Below, in pieces: positions 43,660 through 56,161 of a stretch of DNA of 64,000 bases (position 1 is its first letter; the number at the start of each line of letters is the position of its first letter). Made by a program: the position numbers and the translations under genes. The DNA is taken from positions 1 through 64,000 of the forward strand of contig ADNK01001279.1 of the NCBI GenBank assembly GCA_000320545.1, read 5' to 3'. The stretch comes from Bigelowiella natans CCMP2755. Its lineage: Eukaryota > Protista > Cercozoa. Under the pieces are notes generated by a model, which saw only the letters and a list, made by a program, of their open reading frames with translations, did not search any database and was not told where the DNA came from.

Positions 43660-43790
43660 TTGGGTTGTGTGTTTAGTTACGGCGTTGTTTAGTTGTGGCG
43701 TTTGAATTGTGAGATTGACCACGAAGGTTTTCCAAAGGGACGACAGGATGTTGCCAAAGTGCTGCTTAACGACAGAGAAATGCACAGGAC

Positions 43791-43932
43791 GTTCATGAAA
43801 AACGCCCTATATTCTAATATTTAAAATCACTGCCACGAGAAATTTCTGGGGAATCTTCTGGAGACACAGTTCCTGAAATCCAATGGAAATCTCGGGAAGC
43901 AACTGGAAATCGTTCCAGAAGGATTCCTGAAT
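43791..43932. promoter_or_regulatory. Cluster of heat-shock-element-like inverted nGAAn dyads upstream of the BAG-HSP20 gene
   Basis: gTTCatGAAa (43791), aGAAatTTCt (43838), gGAAtcTTCt (43850), gTTCctGAAa (43869), gTTCcaGAAg (43912), aTTCctGAAt (43923), all 130-270 bp upstream of the ATG. Confidence 0.7.
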
Positions 43933-44365
43933 AAATTCGCGATCTTTTGAACATTATTTGAAACATTGATGTCGCAGAATTACGAAGTCATCGTTTTAGG
44001 GTCAAAGCTTCGCAGTGTGTACTCGAAGAAGCATACCTCCGTAGATGTTTGATGTGCGACATGGATTTATTGATTTATTTGTTGTCGTATAGATAGATTC
44101 ATGGGGTTTTTTATTATTACCGGTGATTACCTATACATCGGAAGTATTAGTTGCATTGGTATTTTCTAGCCAAGTTTACATTACTTGGTTCGCGTTTCTG
44201 CAAGGTCCCCTCCCCCTTTATTTCGCAAGTACAGTGTCTGAACGAACATTAGCCGATAATGGGCCTCCAATAAAAAAAACATATTGTTGATAGATCCTTG
44301 TCTTATGCTCATCCTTGACTATTTGGAAAACAACAACAATTGAAAATAACACAGCGAGCAACAAC

Positions 44366-46236
44366 ATGGGATGGGCACGTAGAGCTTGGGCTCTTGTTGC
44401 GGACCCAGAAGGACAAGGAATCATATCGGAAGCTCTAAATAACGCCACTGTCCAAACTAAAGCAGAAGAAGAGATTGCACCTGTTGACGATGGAATCCTT
44501 AAAACCGATACCGGAGATGCAGCAGAGGAGGACCACTTCGATGATGCACAGATTGCAATGGCTGTTGTGATTGTTGTCTTCCTTGCAGTTGCAGCAGAGT
44601 ACGTAAAGATAGCAGTGTGAGTGAGAGAACGAAGACAGATTTTCATAATGGTTGAAGTAAATTTTATAATTATCAGGCCTCTGCTGATCCGTTACCGGCT
44701 TACTTTCATCCCAACTTCTGTAGTATGGGTCGCGATTGGGGCATGTTCTATGGCTCTTCTTGCACAATACGGACAGGTGGCTCGCGTCAAAATTGCAAAT
44801 TGCCTAGCAATGATTTATTACTATAGATCCTAACTCGTCGACGGATGTTTCTGGTTTTATTTCAGGATAAATCATCGGTTCTTAACCCTGAGATTTTTTT
44901 CTTCCTTATGATCCCACCCATTATCTTCAATGCCGGCTACACGACCGAACACTCTTTCTTCTTTGGAAACTTCCGGGCAATTAGTGGGATGGCGTTCTTG
45001 GGGACGCTTATTTCCGCAGGGGTTATTGGGGCGTTCCTGTATGCCTTTTGCTCTTGGGGATACATTCCTCTTGATCTGAAAGCGTCCACCGCATTCATGT
45101 TCGGAGCCCTTCTCTCCAGTACTGATCCCGTAGGTCTATTGTCCGTCCTGAATGGGAAAAGCTTCAAGAACATGGATAAGAACATCAAGACCGTTATCGT
45201 GGGCGAGAGCATGCTCAACGACGCAGTCGCCATCACATTATACAAAACATTCGCCTCTGCCGATTTCATAGCGGGGGCGCCAGGTGTTGCACACCACAAT
45301 CAGCTTTCCCGCGGCTTCATCTTGGCAGTTGCACGCTTTGTATACTGCACAATGCTCTCACTGATCATGGGCGTGACGTTTGGTCTTAGCACTTCAGCAG
45401 TAAGCTGCAAAATAAAAATGTTGAGAAAGCACCCTAAGATCGAGCTGCTAGTGACTTTCTTCGCCGCTTACTTATGTTACTGTGTCTCTGAAATTTGCCA
45501 GGCATCCGGTATGCTTTCTGTGTTTACATGTGGCCTAGTTTTGTCGCACTATCACCAATATAACGTATCTTTCCCCGCTCGTATAGCTTCGAAGGAGCTT
45601 TCAGAGCTGACCTCCTCGATAGCAGAGGTGGTGATCTACCTCTACCTTGGAATGACTTTCACTCGAAGTCTCTATAAAGACGAAATTCTGTTCTATAACA
45701 CCAGGATGATCATCGCGACACTTGTTTTGCTCTATGTTTCGCGTGCAGTGGCGGTATCCTTTGTGGCATTACTCGTAAATGCATCAGGAGAGGCCGAAGA
45801 CCATCTCAACTGGAGATCTCTAGTCTTGCTATGGTTTAGTGCAGTCAGAGGAGCCATTCCTTTCGCGCTTGCCGTTCAAATTCCTGGTCACAACCGAGGA
45901 ATCCTTGTCACCACCACGCTGGCGATCGTCGTTTTCACAACTATCTTTAATGGAGGACTGACACCTCCCCTCGCACGGCTCCTCGGACTCCTTCAGGATA
46001 AAAACAGGTTGTCGACGTCCAAGTCAAAGGCTGTGCTAAACGAGGAAGCGCATGCTCTCTGGGTGGATATTGACACTGTTCTCTCCCGCTACTTCGGCGG
46101 AGAGCGCGCTGTACACGCGCATGAAGTAAGTGACCTAGGGAAGCAGCCCCCGGTCGCGCACTCGGTATACATCAGAGGGAACAACAAAAATGCTGACATA
46201 GCGTATGAAGAAGAGGAGCCTGTCTTCGTGAAGTGA
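44366..46236 (+). CDS. Na+/H+ exchanger, CPA1 (NHE/NHX) family, 3 exons
   Basis: PEIFFFLMIPPIIFNAGY, FFFGNFRAI, FGALLSSTDPV, GESMLNDAVAI, SGMLSVFTCG, VRGAIPFALA, TTLAIVVFTTIFNGGLT. Two short introns at about 44599-44676 and 44777-44865. Confidence 0.95.
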
Positions 46237-47422
46237 GATCCAATTGATCCACTATACCACATGATATTTATTCAACGGAAGCGATGTTGATGAGCGAGTA
46301 AGATGTTGGATTTAAGGCAATTTTATGTTAAAGGACGTATTTGGACAGCAAAACTAAAGGGCGATTACAATTGTCCAGCAAATGCTTCATTTCAACAATA
46401 TCGAATCGAAAGAATATATTCTACGCAGACAATGTGAAAGAATTATATGTAGAATCATTGCATGCAATGTGCGTAAGGACACATGCTAGCTAGGGCAATG
46501 CTTTGTGGTGCAGTCATGTTGCTGGCTAGTCTACCACTGCACGCGTGGTAACACATGCTGTCCTAGCTAGACGATCGAGCAGATAGATGGTAAGCATAAC
46601 CTTGACATTACGCATCTCTAGATGTACACAGCACGTACACACACATTGCTAGATTGCATGTGCATAATTTTAATGTGAAATGTACTAGCATGCAGCACAT
46701 CTAGACATGTTGCATGTTACATGTCTGTTGTGTTGTGCGCACCCCACCCTCTAGCTAGTCTAGCCCTAGCTAGCTAGTCAGTAGCATCGCACGCACATCC
46801 TTGATGCACTAGTGCACTAGCACAAGCATGTCACATCATCGCATTGCATCGCATCGAAGGCATTCCGCACCAACGCAAGCATGTCTGTCAGAGAAAATTG
46901 GAACCAACTCCATGACAGCTTGATTGACTTCAGCTTGAAGTTGAGTTCAACCAGCTAGCCCACAGGACGTTCTGCCGCATTTTGCGAATTCTCCCCTTTG
47001 CTGGTTGAACTCGCAAACCCACTTGCCAAGCTGCATCGTCTGGCCCGTGCTAGCTAGCTAGCGTGGCTTTGATGCTGTAGCTGGTCATTTGTGCATGGAG
47101 GATCGAAGAGTTGGATGAATCGACAAGGAAGTTTGAACAAGTGTCACAGTCCACGCAAGCCGAGAGTTGGTGCCGTTTTGCAAGGTCTTGCGGAATGCCC
47201 AAACATGCATTCTCCTTGCCCTGGGTGAAGCTGCCATTCATCTGATCGATGCCAAAATTAACATCGTCGGCGACAATCGACTTCCAATTTGCATCATCAT
47301 AGTTCTCCCAAGCAGTCGTAAATGCGTTGAAACCACATTTGCCTGATGTCTCATCCGCAATGCTCTGTTGGTTGGAGCATCCGACGAGCCAGCTAGCCCA
47401 GATCTTTGAATCTACTAGAAAC

Positions 47423-47530
47423 CTCTGAGAGATCTCTCGAGAGCAATCCAATTGCAACATCTCTGAGAGATCTCTCGAGAGCAATTCAATTGCAACATCT
47501 CTGAGAGATCTCTCGAGAGCAATTCAATTC
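47423..47530. repeat. 38-bp tandem repeat (about 2.8 units) with nested palindromes
   Basis: CTCTGAGAGATCTCTCGAGAGCAATYCAATTGCAACAT at 47423, 47461 and 47499 (partial). Confidence 0.95.
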
Positions 47531-47601
47531 TCCCCCTCATCTAATCTAACAGGGAGTACCTGTCCAGTAGCACACGGATAGCCAGGAAGGCGTTTCATGA
47601 A

Positions 47602-48434
47602 ATGAGACCCTATGCAAGATTAACAGTTGTGCTAACTTGCTGTTGCATAATTGGACAAGGGCGAAAGCTAAAAGACGGTGTAACAGGAGACGACACTGCT
47701 CATAGGCTTCAGCAGCGGAAGAAGAACCAGTGCCCCGACTATGAGCTAATCCGACAGCCCAGTGTTAACGCATCGTCATTCGATATTGATGAATTTCAGG
47801 GAACCTGGTATCTAACGGCGACTACCGAGCCAACACTCCCGGAGTTTTGCCGCTGCGGGGTGAATGAGGTGGAGGTAAATAAGGCCGGTGGTTGGTATCG
47901 ATACCTCAACATAGATTACTGTGACCATTTGGACAAGAACATCACAATACCGATCAAGGGGAAACTCAGCTCCGATTCTAGCAGCCCAGGAGAACTCCGT
48001 GAGAATTTTGCCTTATTCAACAAGACTGTTCTGAAGCTCCTCCCCAACTACATTTTTCATGTTGAGCGAGATTCAATTTCTGGGAAGGTGGAAAGGTATG
48101 GAGAAAGTATCATTATTATGCTATAAGAATCTCATATGTATATGAAACCATAGCTTTTGATTCCTACGATGCTTGAGAATTACTGAAAAAATCGCACTTA
48201 ATTGATCGTAGGCTGTACACGTATGCATGCCTGGGACGTCTGCCTTTCGAAGAAAAGTTTTCGTTTAATCTTCTTACTCGCACCCACAATTATACGTCCG
48301 ATGAGATTCTTCATGCTGTTAAATCGGTAAATGCGACGACACATGGAATGTTGGACATATCTGGATTGCGAGTTAACAACGCCTCCCAGTATGCTGATTG
48401 CGGAATAACTGCTGGCACCATTTATAACATATAG
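47602..48434 (+). CDS. Secreted lipocalin (ApoD/Blc-like), 2 exons
   Basis: Signal-like N-terminus, then CP...SFDIDEFQGTWYLTA (lipocalin SCR1 GxW), NYIFHV...YTYAC...FNLLTR (SCR2/3-like). Intron about 48096-48211; stop TAG at 48434. Confidence 0.8.
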
Positions 48435-48846
48435 TTAAAAGAAACGTAATAGCCGTAGGGTAGTTCAGCACCTGGGGAATAAATATTGTATACCGCACAT
48501 ATAATGCAAGTAACACAGCAGTCGGGTCTGGATGATTTGCATGCGCCGTGTGCAGCAGCAACAGCAAATCGAAGTGACAGCAACAACAAGCCATCTCAAC
48601 TGATATCGCGAGAGTCGTCGTACCATTTACACATGTGAACATGTGAAGGCGGGTCTTAGTCGATGTTTAGCGTGATGAAATCGATCATCAATCTGAAGAA
48701 GATGCATGAAGAAGTAGTGTGCATCCAAGCGTGAAAACATAACGCCAAGCAAGCTGCATGAGCAGGTGCACGAGGCGGGAGCACGCACGTCATCATCATC
48801 TAGTCTTGTGATAGCGACACAGCGTAGCCACATATGGTGATGTGCA

Positions 48847-48900
48847 TGAGATCATGTAATGAATAAATGATTGCAATTTTTCAATTGTCATCCTAATGTG
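48847..48900 (+). repeat. Degenerate copy of the dispersed repeat
   Basis: TGAGATCATGTAATGAATAAAT...TTTTCAATTGTCATCCTAATGT. Confidence 0.75.
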
Positions 48901-49430
48901 TACTTCTGTTTGCGTGCTGTAGAGCAGCCATCGTCGCATGATCGACCAGGCATGCTTGCGCGCTACTAGGCTAGCTCATTCATCCATCCTACATCACACC
49001 ACTCCTTATTAGATCCCCTTTCATTGCATGCATGATGCGCCCTGCATAGCACAAACTACGCTTCACGGCAGCGACACAGCAGCAAGTTGTGACGCTACTA
49101 TGGTGTATTCGCACAAGGTAGGGGTATCATTGTCCGCACGCACATGCATGCTTATGCATGATGAGCTTTAAAGCCACGCACATGCTGTATATAGACTTTA
49201 TGTCTCTATAGCGTACGCACGTGCGAACATATGTAGTTCACACCACATATTCTTCGCTACATATGGTGTATATGTGCGCCGAAAACCCGGTACGCTATAT
49301 AGACTTTATGTCTCTATATGTCTCTATAGCTGCATACACAGTGCACGCATGCTGTTAATATATTAATCTATATTAATTACAGTAGAATTCAAGCATATTC
49401 AAAATCTCACCTCGCACTTAAATTCTTGGC

Positions 49431-50230
49431 CTAACAACCTCCTCTTATCCACTCTGCTATTTTTGCTGCTGGGCCAATGAGATTCTCTGAAGACGTCATG
49501 ATACCGGACGCGTTTACACTGTGTTCCTCCTCCTCCTCATCTGGATCGATTTTTAGGCCTGTGAATATTTAAGTCATCGGTAACAACACGAAAGATAACA
49601 AGTGTTGGTCAGCAATCTCAATAATAAACGACGAGGCCCATTGATTCCGTCTTGTAGAGACGACTTCCATTCATATCAACATGATATTTATAACAATACC
49701 TTCGTTAACATCACAACAATAACTACTCCACCTACTTTTATTCGGCCCCCCTTGCAGCATGGCTTCAAGGTCTCGGTCCTAATTTTATGTGTAATAATTA
49801 TTATTATTATTATAATTAGTAGTAGTAGTAACAATAGCAACAGTAAAAGTGGCGCTATCAATCAACATGTTGCGCATTTAAAAGATAACCAATTCTACCG
49901 CATTTCGGTCCATGCATCAGACATACATAAGAGGAGTTTGTCTCGATCTCATCACTAATATTATCACAATCATCGCTATTATCGTTTCTATCGTCGTCAG
50001 CAGCAGCAGCTGCGGTAGTACTTCAGTATCCAAGGGTCTACTCGGATCAGTCGATACAGTGCACATGTCGCTTTCCGTTGCACCTACGATGGACCAGTGC
50101 TTTCATTCAGTACCAGCAACACTGATTATTACCGTAGTGGTTGCTAAGTTTTAATTCTTGTAAGAAGAATATACACACATACATACACACATATGTCATA
50201 TTTCATATATCTTCGCGTGCTAGCTGTATA

Positions 50231-50280
<50 letters not shown>

Positions 50281-51153
50281 TATACGTATATACATATGTT
50301 ATATACAAGCAAAATTTTAAAGTACGGCAGTAATAACTTTTGCATGATACCCACACACTGTACTAACTCCATGAATCAAAAAATAAATATATGAGATGAT
50401 ATGCGCACACAGTACTAACTGCATCAACCAAAAATTAAATATGAGATCTGCGTGTGTATGTGTGTGCATATGCACGTGCATGTTAGCAGCCTATATGCTA
50501 CTGTACATATGGAGGAGGACCTGTGCCCAGAAGCGATGATGCGTGTCGTTGTTCGCCTCGGAGTACGCATTCTCGAAAAGCTGAAGAATAATTTATGGAT
50601 ATTTCTTATGAATTATATGTGTTGGGGAAAGGGGGGGGGGGAGGGTGCTGTGCGTATTTTGTATTTATTCATCTAAGCTGCACATACGACTATATCATGA
50701 TTTCCTCTTTTAAATCCACCTCACCCCCCTCTTGCCTATTTGCTTCCCCGCCCCTTCTCTTACCGCTATCTTCCAGAACTCGTTTTTTGATTTGTTGGAT
50801 GATCTCACAAGGGTGCCAGGAGGGGAATGGAAGAGACAACAGCAAATCCACGAAATCGGCGGCAGACTAGATTATATTATGGTGGTTATATGGCCACCTT
50901 TTCGCAAGGACGGGAAGGAAGAATTCACATAGCAATGACATGTGAGCATGCAAAGGGAATGTGTATTATAAATCCATAAATACATGAAAGCAGCAGCGTG
51001 TGGTAGCAGTTCTCACGACCTCCCATGACGGCATGACTTCGTTGTGGATTCGAAAGATCTCTTCTTCATCGACGTTACAGATGCTAATTAAATGGGAAAG
51101 TCACTACTCAAATAATGGTGCAAATGGTGAATACAAGAATGAGTAATAGTAGC

Positions 51154-51184
<31 letters not shown>

Positions 51185-51804
51185 ACGATGTACGAATCTA
51201 TTATCATTTCAAGGTGCTGTCAATGCTCTTATGGAATGTTCACCATCACCATCATCATCATCATCATCATCGTCGTCGTCTTGCATAAATAAGCAGGTGT
51301 ATAAGATCCACGTGGACGCTGCTATTACTAGTGCTGGGGATTAAGTTGTTGTGATATATTGCTGCTCATGCGACGCAACTTCGCAGGAAGACCCTTCCCA
51401 CTGAAATCGGCACCACCCTTAAACACGCAATAGATGATACAGCAACAACAGCATGACGGCGACGGAGAAACAGATAAGTGTTCAGCCCACTCAAAACCAA
51501 ACGTTAGCGTTTATACGTTAGCATTGGAGGCTTAATCTATTTATATTGAGTCGTGTGGCTAGAATGATGATCGCAATACATCCATCGATATGAAACTAAG
51601 TAGTTTCTCTTAGGCTACAAGCGTGCGTGCATGCATGCATAGGTATGCCAAGGTGTAACAACTGAGAGATGGTGTGATGTTCGTTGATTCACCGAGGCAA
51701 CACAGAATAGTATGACTTGTCGAGTTTCATGACGAGCTACAATAGATGATAACTGATGATCACAAAGGGTATTATAACAAACAGTCTTTTAGTAAATATG
51801 ATAT

Positions 51805-51840
<36 letters not shown>

Positions 51841-52100
51841 TGTGTGTGTGTGTGTGTTTATAATTTAAAAGCGTGCAATATACGCATACGACAGCATCAC
51901 ATAGTGGGCAGTTTTCTGCTTGTTGTCGTAACTTTTAGCATCATCGCTTAGGATTTGCATATCAAATGGAACTAGTATAACAATGCAAACAACGACGTTG
52001 TGCGTCCTGTTGTAGATTAGCCGAACGACAGTGGTCCCTCCTCCCCGTGACGCTGCACGTGGAAGCTAAATTACAGAAATTACATTACAATTCACATAAG

Positions 52101-52135
<35 letters not shown>

Positions 52136-52814
52136 TGTTTTTATGTTTGTGGGTGTCCCTCTATGTTGCAAATATATTCAAATTACATGACAGATAAAAT
52201 AATCACCCCCTCAATTATTTCCTCCTCCTCCACCCCCTCCTCCTCTCCGCATCATAGTTGATTACATGCCCTTCTTGCTCTTCCGTCTTCTCTCACTCCT
52301 ACTCGTTTGTTCCTTGATTCTCTCCTCCTCCTCCTCTTCTTCCCTTGACAGCTACTGTTTCCATGATCACCAACCACTCGTAACAACTGCTAACTACTAC
52401 TACCTCGAGAAGAACGGAAGCTTGCTCCAAAAGTGCATCTGTGGTTATGCATATGGCGATGTGAAATGGAATCATGATACTGTTGCTTGCATATCCTTCC
52501 TCCTCCTTCTTCTTCTTCTTCTTCTTCTTCTTCTTCTTCTTCCCTTTCTTCTTCTGAGTCATTAATCTTAAAGGAAGTGCTGACTATCTCACCTACCGAC
52601 AGTGGAGAAGTTTGATGAAGGTGAGGAAGATGAAGAAATTGAACCTGCTTTGATAGCAGCCATCATCCTTGGTCGCTTGTTATCATTACTCTTCTCCTTC
52701 TCTTCCTTTTTCTCTGAATTCAAGTTGCTTTTGTTTTTTGTATGTCTCCTTTCTTCGTGAAGTTTTAACACTTCCAGTCCTTTTAGCATTTCCTTCACCT
52801 CTTCCCTCTCAACC
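49431..52814 (-). CDS. Hypothetical multi-exon protein (model incomplete)
   Basis: Splice-bounded exons (VEREEVKEMLKGLEVLKL..., DALLEQASVLLE, LPRAASRGGGTTVVRLIYNRTHN, DRDLEAMLQGGRIK, terminal LKIDPDEEEEEH...IAEWIRGGC*) separated by microsatellite introns. Confidence 0.4.
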
Positions 52815-53033
52815 TAGCAGGGTAAGTAACAGGGAATGGGTGACAGGGAGAGAAGAAATTCGCAAACACTTATCGTACAAACGCAGATATGTAGGTGACG
52901 GAAGAACTATATGTATGTAACACACAGACACACATACACACACACACACACTTGCGCGCACACACAAGTGTAAAGTCTCTGCGTGCTAAATTGTATTATA
53001 GCTCGCAGCCTGCACGCAAACAGCACCACGATA

Positions 53034-55421
53034 ATGTTACCACCTGGCTACTATGATTCTGTCGCTCGAGCCAAAGGGAGATTGCAGAACGATATCTCGC
53101 CGAACAACTCGCCCCCTCTGCTACTATATGATAACGATGAGAATAAATTAATGAGCCAAAAGGAAAATTTATGGTGGAGTTCTTATCGTTATCCGGAGAA
53201 AGACGATGACGACTCTTCTTTCTGTTAGTTTTCCGTAGTTGTGCATCATCATCATATCATCACATCGATAGTATGAAAATAAAAAAAAATTAACAACAAA
53301 ATAGTATAGCGACCGCAGTGGTAAGAATTGCGAAAGCTCGGCCTGTAGTTAGAACAAAGTTATTTAGCAAGAGAATAATACCAATTACAATTTAATAATA
53401 GTAACAATAATAGCGCATGCCGTACGTGTTATTTGTAGATTAACCTCCTGTCAAGCGAAGAACTTTGTAAAAGAAAATGCGTAGATCCACGTCTACACTC
53501 TTTCGTCCCTCTTTCATCGCCACTGAACGATCGATATGAAATCAGCCACAGCAACGGAAGCACCGATGTGAGTCGTCGGCTGGTGATGCAACAACGCCTG
53601 CAGATTGAAAGGCTCAGCACAATACTGTTCAATTTCGAGAGGAGGGTAGCATATTCTAGCCTTCTAGCGCCATTTGAGTCATCACGCTCGCAGGGACCCC
53701 GCCAGGGAGGCGTCATTTGTTCCTCCTTCCTTCCTTCTTCTCCCCGAATGGGTGCCGAAGAAGGCGGGAGGGAGGTGGTCGATTCTTGATACAGCAGTTG
53801 TAGTAGATAAATCGCCTTCATTTTATAGGTGCGACAACCCCAAATCCTGAAATATTCAGTAATAAGTATCTTGGTCGTAGTAATACTCGTATCACATTGA
53901 ATTGTACAATCGTGGAATAAATGGGATGAGAGCGGAGAGAGAGGAGGCGAAGAAGGTACTCGCTATTTATCATACCCTCTAGACTACTTTGAAAGCATTC
54001 ACGAATCGAGGCCTCTTCGATAGGAGACGAATAAACTTGCTGCTGGAGACGATGCGGTGAAGGCAGGCCGCAGTTTGTACTTTGGAAGAAGTATATGGGG
54101 CAAGAGATCATTCACCGCGAAGGTTGATCTCAAAATAGAGGACAATGTGTTGGAATTTTTACAAAATGATGAACTCTTTCGGCTGGATGAGCGAGGCTTG
54201 AGGTTGAGCAAGTTTTTTGAAAAATGCGTCGACAACCCGAAACTCAAGGACCACTACTATTACGAAGGTAGTATTGGAAGATATTTACCCATAGCCGTGC
54301 GAGAGATTGTGGCAGACAAGACGATAAAGCTTACTATTCGTGTTCCGTACTTCTATTTCTATATTTCATGTGTTTGTCAACCTCATAATCGATTTTGGTA
54401 AGTATTCAATGTTGTGTTGAGTAGGCTACTTTCATGGTCTAGAAGAGGGCAATGCTATTGTTTCACTACATCCTCGGAAAGGAATAAACTTTTCCAAACC
54501 TGCTGCTCCCGAACGTCTTCGAGCCTTCATCGTTGCAATGAGGGAGAAAAACAAGGGTTGGGCTGAGGTGAGTACATCGTCAGTATCTTCTTTGTGACTG
54601 AAAATTGATCTAGTGCTGGCTACAACTACCACAGAAGTTGTCTACTCGATTGCAGAAAGAATGCAAGAAAGGGGGATCCTGGCTTGCAGGACTAATAACA
54701 AGGGGCAAAGTGGCTGGAGATCTCGCAGTGCAGGTGCACTGGGGAGAGACTATTACAGGTCCGAGGAGCAATGTTGATGCTTCACATATTCGATGGTCAT
54801 ATGAAAATGACGGTATTGTAATTATCATTCTTGTATCCTCTTATTACTAGGCCCGGACATCAATTGGCACATAGATGGATCAAATTCTATGATCCATTTT
54901 GGTCTTTCAATACGAGGAAAGCGTACTCTCCGCACGAAAACAGCGCGGTCACAGACTTCAAAACTTGATGACGAAATAGAAAAGGAATTGCAACAGTCAG
55001 CCGGGAATGCATACCTTGCGTCTCCTGCGATGGTTAGGCATGGTGTTGAATATTTCCAATGCGATTGGAAGGATAGGGTTATTGCAATTCAATGCAGGAT
55101 GCTGCTGACGGATGAAGATCGTAATGAATACTTTAATTCCTTTGCGGATTCCAACGATTTATTGGAGACGACAGAAATAGTTGCAAAGTGTTTCATGGAT
55201 GCTGATGTACAAATGCCCACCCTAGATGATGTAAACGTGGTGCTGAAGCGAATGCAAGTGTGTACTAATGAGAATAAAATTAAGAATTATTGTATCATTT
55301 CATAAGTTATAGTATTAAATTAAACAGTAGCTACGCCTTATACACCGTTCCACAGAATTCTCAAAAGGTGGATCACAAATGTAGAAGCGGTTTGCGAGGA
55401 CTGAAAGAGAACATAGAATAA
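53034..55421 (+). CDS. 2-oxoglutarate/Fe(II) dioxygenase, AlkB-like fold (multi-exon; 5' exons tentative)
   Basis: Spliced core DLAVQVHWGETITG-PDINWHIDGSNSMIHFGLSIRGKRTL...GNAYLASPAMVRHGVEY...DRVIAIQCR: HxD...H facial triad plus a terminal RxxxxxxR strand typical of AlkB-like enzymes. Confidence 0.65.
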
Positions 55422-55627
55422 GTTATAGCTGCGAGATAAAATATTAACGCTTCCTATTTATATTAGTTTCATTTGTATGCTCGCACATTATGTCTGCAAC
55501 GCCACACGCTCACATGAATCACACACATTTGCGTGCGTGCAGAATTGTACATGACCAGGCCGTGATGATGTCTGTGTGCGCTTCTTCTCGTCGCCTGTCA
55601 TCATGTAGCTACACGTACACACACAAA

Positions 55628-55724
<97 letters not shown>

Positions 55725-56161
55725 TACATGTGCATACGTTATGTCCAAAGCGCACACGTGCTGTGGAGCACTGCGCAACACGTTGATTGATTTTTTGTGC
55801 AATCCGAATGGGCAACTACACGATGTTCGATACAACAATTCGATATAATAAAAACAGGCGCTATGATTGTGCACTAGATGACAACCCCCCTTTTTTGATG
55901 TGGTCTCTCTTCTTCTAGCTCGAGAGATAGCAACTTCTCATTCAATTTTTTTGCTGAACACTTCGCCTGAGAAGTAGTCGTTTAAATTTGAAAATGCGAA
56001 AAATTAAATTCCCATTTTCCAATGTTATTATTATCACCTTAGTTTTCCATCTGCGACAAGCCCTAAATGCTTCCAGAGATCTCGTGAATAATCTCTATAG
56101 AATCTCGGAACACAGATTCAATTCAAATTTTGAAATTTGTAGCGGGTTGGCCGACCTCACC

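Noticed and set aside
47423-47530. Palindromic repeats as a CRISPR array
   Set aside because: Units are contiguous with no unique spacers, there are no cas genes, and the context is eukaryotic.
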